Of a stretch of 32,575 bases of DNA, positions 31,113 through 32,575 are shown one piece after another; the first letter of the stretch is position 1; every line of letters starts with the position of its first letter. The DNA comes from Macrostomum lignano (lineage: Eukaryota). The stretch lies in the NCBI GenBank assembly GCA_002269645.1, contig NIVC01004878.1:1-32575 (forward strand). Reading direction: 5' to 3'. Under the pieces are notes generated by a model, which had not been told where the DNA came from, did no database searches, and was given only the letters and a program-made list of their open reading frames with translations. Both the position numbers and the translations under genes were made by a program.

Positions 31113-31522
31113 GCGGAACGCAGAGGTACATCGCCCAGTGCGCGCTGCCGGTGAACATGCTGAATGAGAAGATCTACATATTCCTGTGGTTCTGGATGGC
31201 GATAGGCCTGCTTATCACTGCCCTGTCAGTCCCAGCCTGGTTGCTCCGGGTGGCCAGCTGCCGCGGTCGGTCCCGCTACGTTCGCCGGCACCTGCAACTG
31301 CGCCAGGAGGGCCTCGCCGACAAACGCCTGGTCGGGGAATTCGTTGATCGATTCCTGCGCCACGACGGTGTTTTCCTGTTGAAGATGATGCAGATGAATG
31401 TGGGAGACTTGGTGACCGGGGATGTCACTCTGCACCTGTACCGCCTGTGGCTGCGGAAGCACCGCGAGAGGCTGGGAAGCTTCGACGAGGAGCTGTCACT
31501 GGCGTCTGGATCCTCGATTTGA
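31113..31522 (+). CDS. inx: Innexin, exon 4 (spliced protein 408 aa)
   Basis: Acceptor CTCACAATCCAG|. Encodes AQCALPVNMLNEKIYIFLWFW (fourth Cys, TM4) and FLRHDGVFLLKM, with TGA at 31520-31522. Exon lengths 316+220+281+410 = 1227 nt, an intact frame. Confidence 0.95.
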
Positions 31523-31621
31523 TGTTGCGGAATTCATTTTGCAACTCTAATTGATCAACATTGGTCTTTGTCCTGGTGAAATGTGCTCTTTGTGTATCTA
31601 TTGGGGTTGGCATGCTCATTC

Positions 31622-32575
31622 GGGATCTGGGATTTGGATTCTTTAATTGGGATCTGGGATTTGGATTCTTTAATTGGGATCTGGGATTTGGATTCTTTAA
31701 AATTTGGGATTTGGGATCTGGGATTCGGTTTGATTGGCATCTGGGTTTTGGTTTAATTGGGATCCGGGATTTGGTTTAATTGGGATCTGGGATTTGGATT
31801 CTTTAATTGGGATCAGGGATTTGGTTTATTCGGGATCTGGGATTTGGTTTAATTGGGATCTGGGATTTGGTTTAATTGGGATCTGGGATTTGGTTTAATT
31901 GGGATCCGGGATTTGGATTCTTTAATTGGGATCCGGGATTTGGATTTTTAATTGGGATCTGGGATTTGGATTCTTTAATTGGGATCTGGGATTTGGTTTA
32001 ATTGGGATCTGGGATTTGGTTTAATTGGGATCCGGGATTTGGATTCTTTAATTGGGATCTGGGATTTGTTTAATTGGGATATGGAATTTGGTTTATTGGA
32101 ATCTGGGAATTGGATTCATTAATTGGGATCTGGGATTTGGTTTAATTGGGATCTGGGATTTGGTTTAATTGGGATCCGGGATTTTGATTCTTTAATTGGG
32201 ATCTGGGATTTGGATTCTTTAATTGGGATCTGGGATTTGGATTCTTTAATTGGGATCTGGGATTTGGATTCTTTAATTGGGATCTGGGATTTGGTTTAAT
32301 TGGGATCTGGGATTTGGTTTAATTGGGTCTGGGAATTGGATTCTTTAATTGGGATCTGGGATTTGGTTTGATTGGGATCTGGGATTTGGTTTATTCGGGA
32401 TCTGGGATTTGGTTTAATTGGGATCTGGGATTTGGTTTATTCGGGATCTGGATTTGGTTTAATTGGGATCTGGGATTTGTTTAATTGGGATCTGAGATTT
32501 GGATTCTTTAATTGGGATCTGAATTCGGTTCTTTAATTGGGATCTGAATTCGGATTCTTTAAATTGGGATTCTGT
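31622..32575. repeat. Mixed 23/27-bp minisatellite GGGATCTGGGATTTGG(TTT/ATTCTTT)AATT, running off the window end
   Basis: About 38 units starting 100 bp after the innexin stop codon. Confidence 0.95.

Overview
Eukaryotic (animal) genomic DNA with GT-AG introns, roughly 60% of it tandem repeat. GC-rich exons separated by minisatellite-filled introns and a flatworm-type innexin suggest a Macrostomum-like flatworm; this is inference and was not checked. Three spliced genes can be reconstructed on the + strand: a Zn-binding, Cys-type methionine-R-sulfoxide reductase (MsrB; 2527-2705 + 3776-4046, 149 aa), an adenosine-deaminase-family enzyme (22072-22525 + 23178-23776, 350 aa) and an innexin (4 exons, 27520-31522, 408 aa). 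A fourth, unrecognised two-exon small gene missed by the ORF track is predicted on the - strand (6966-6844 + 5750-5601, about 90 aa). An 11.5-kb array of about 98 near-identical 118-bp units dominates the middle. About a dozen other tandem arrays (4-60 bp units) sit in introns, just upstream of the innexin and just downstream of stop codons. A tRNA-derived SINE family is present in three copies of different decay. Almost all long ORFs in the supplied track are translations of repeats. No CRISPR, rRNA, intact tRNA or prokaryotic system was found. Counts and alignments were done by eye, and family comparisons are from memory.
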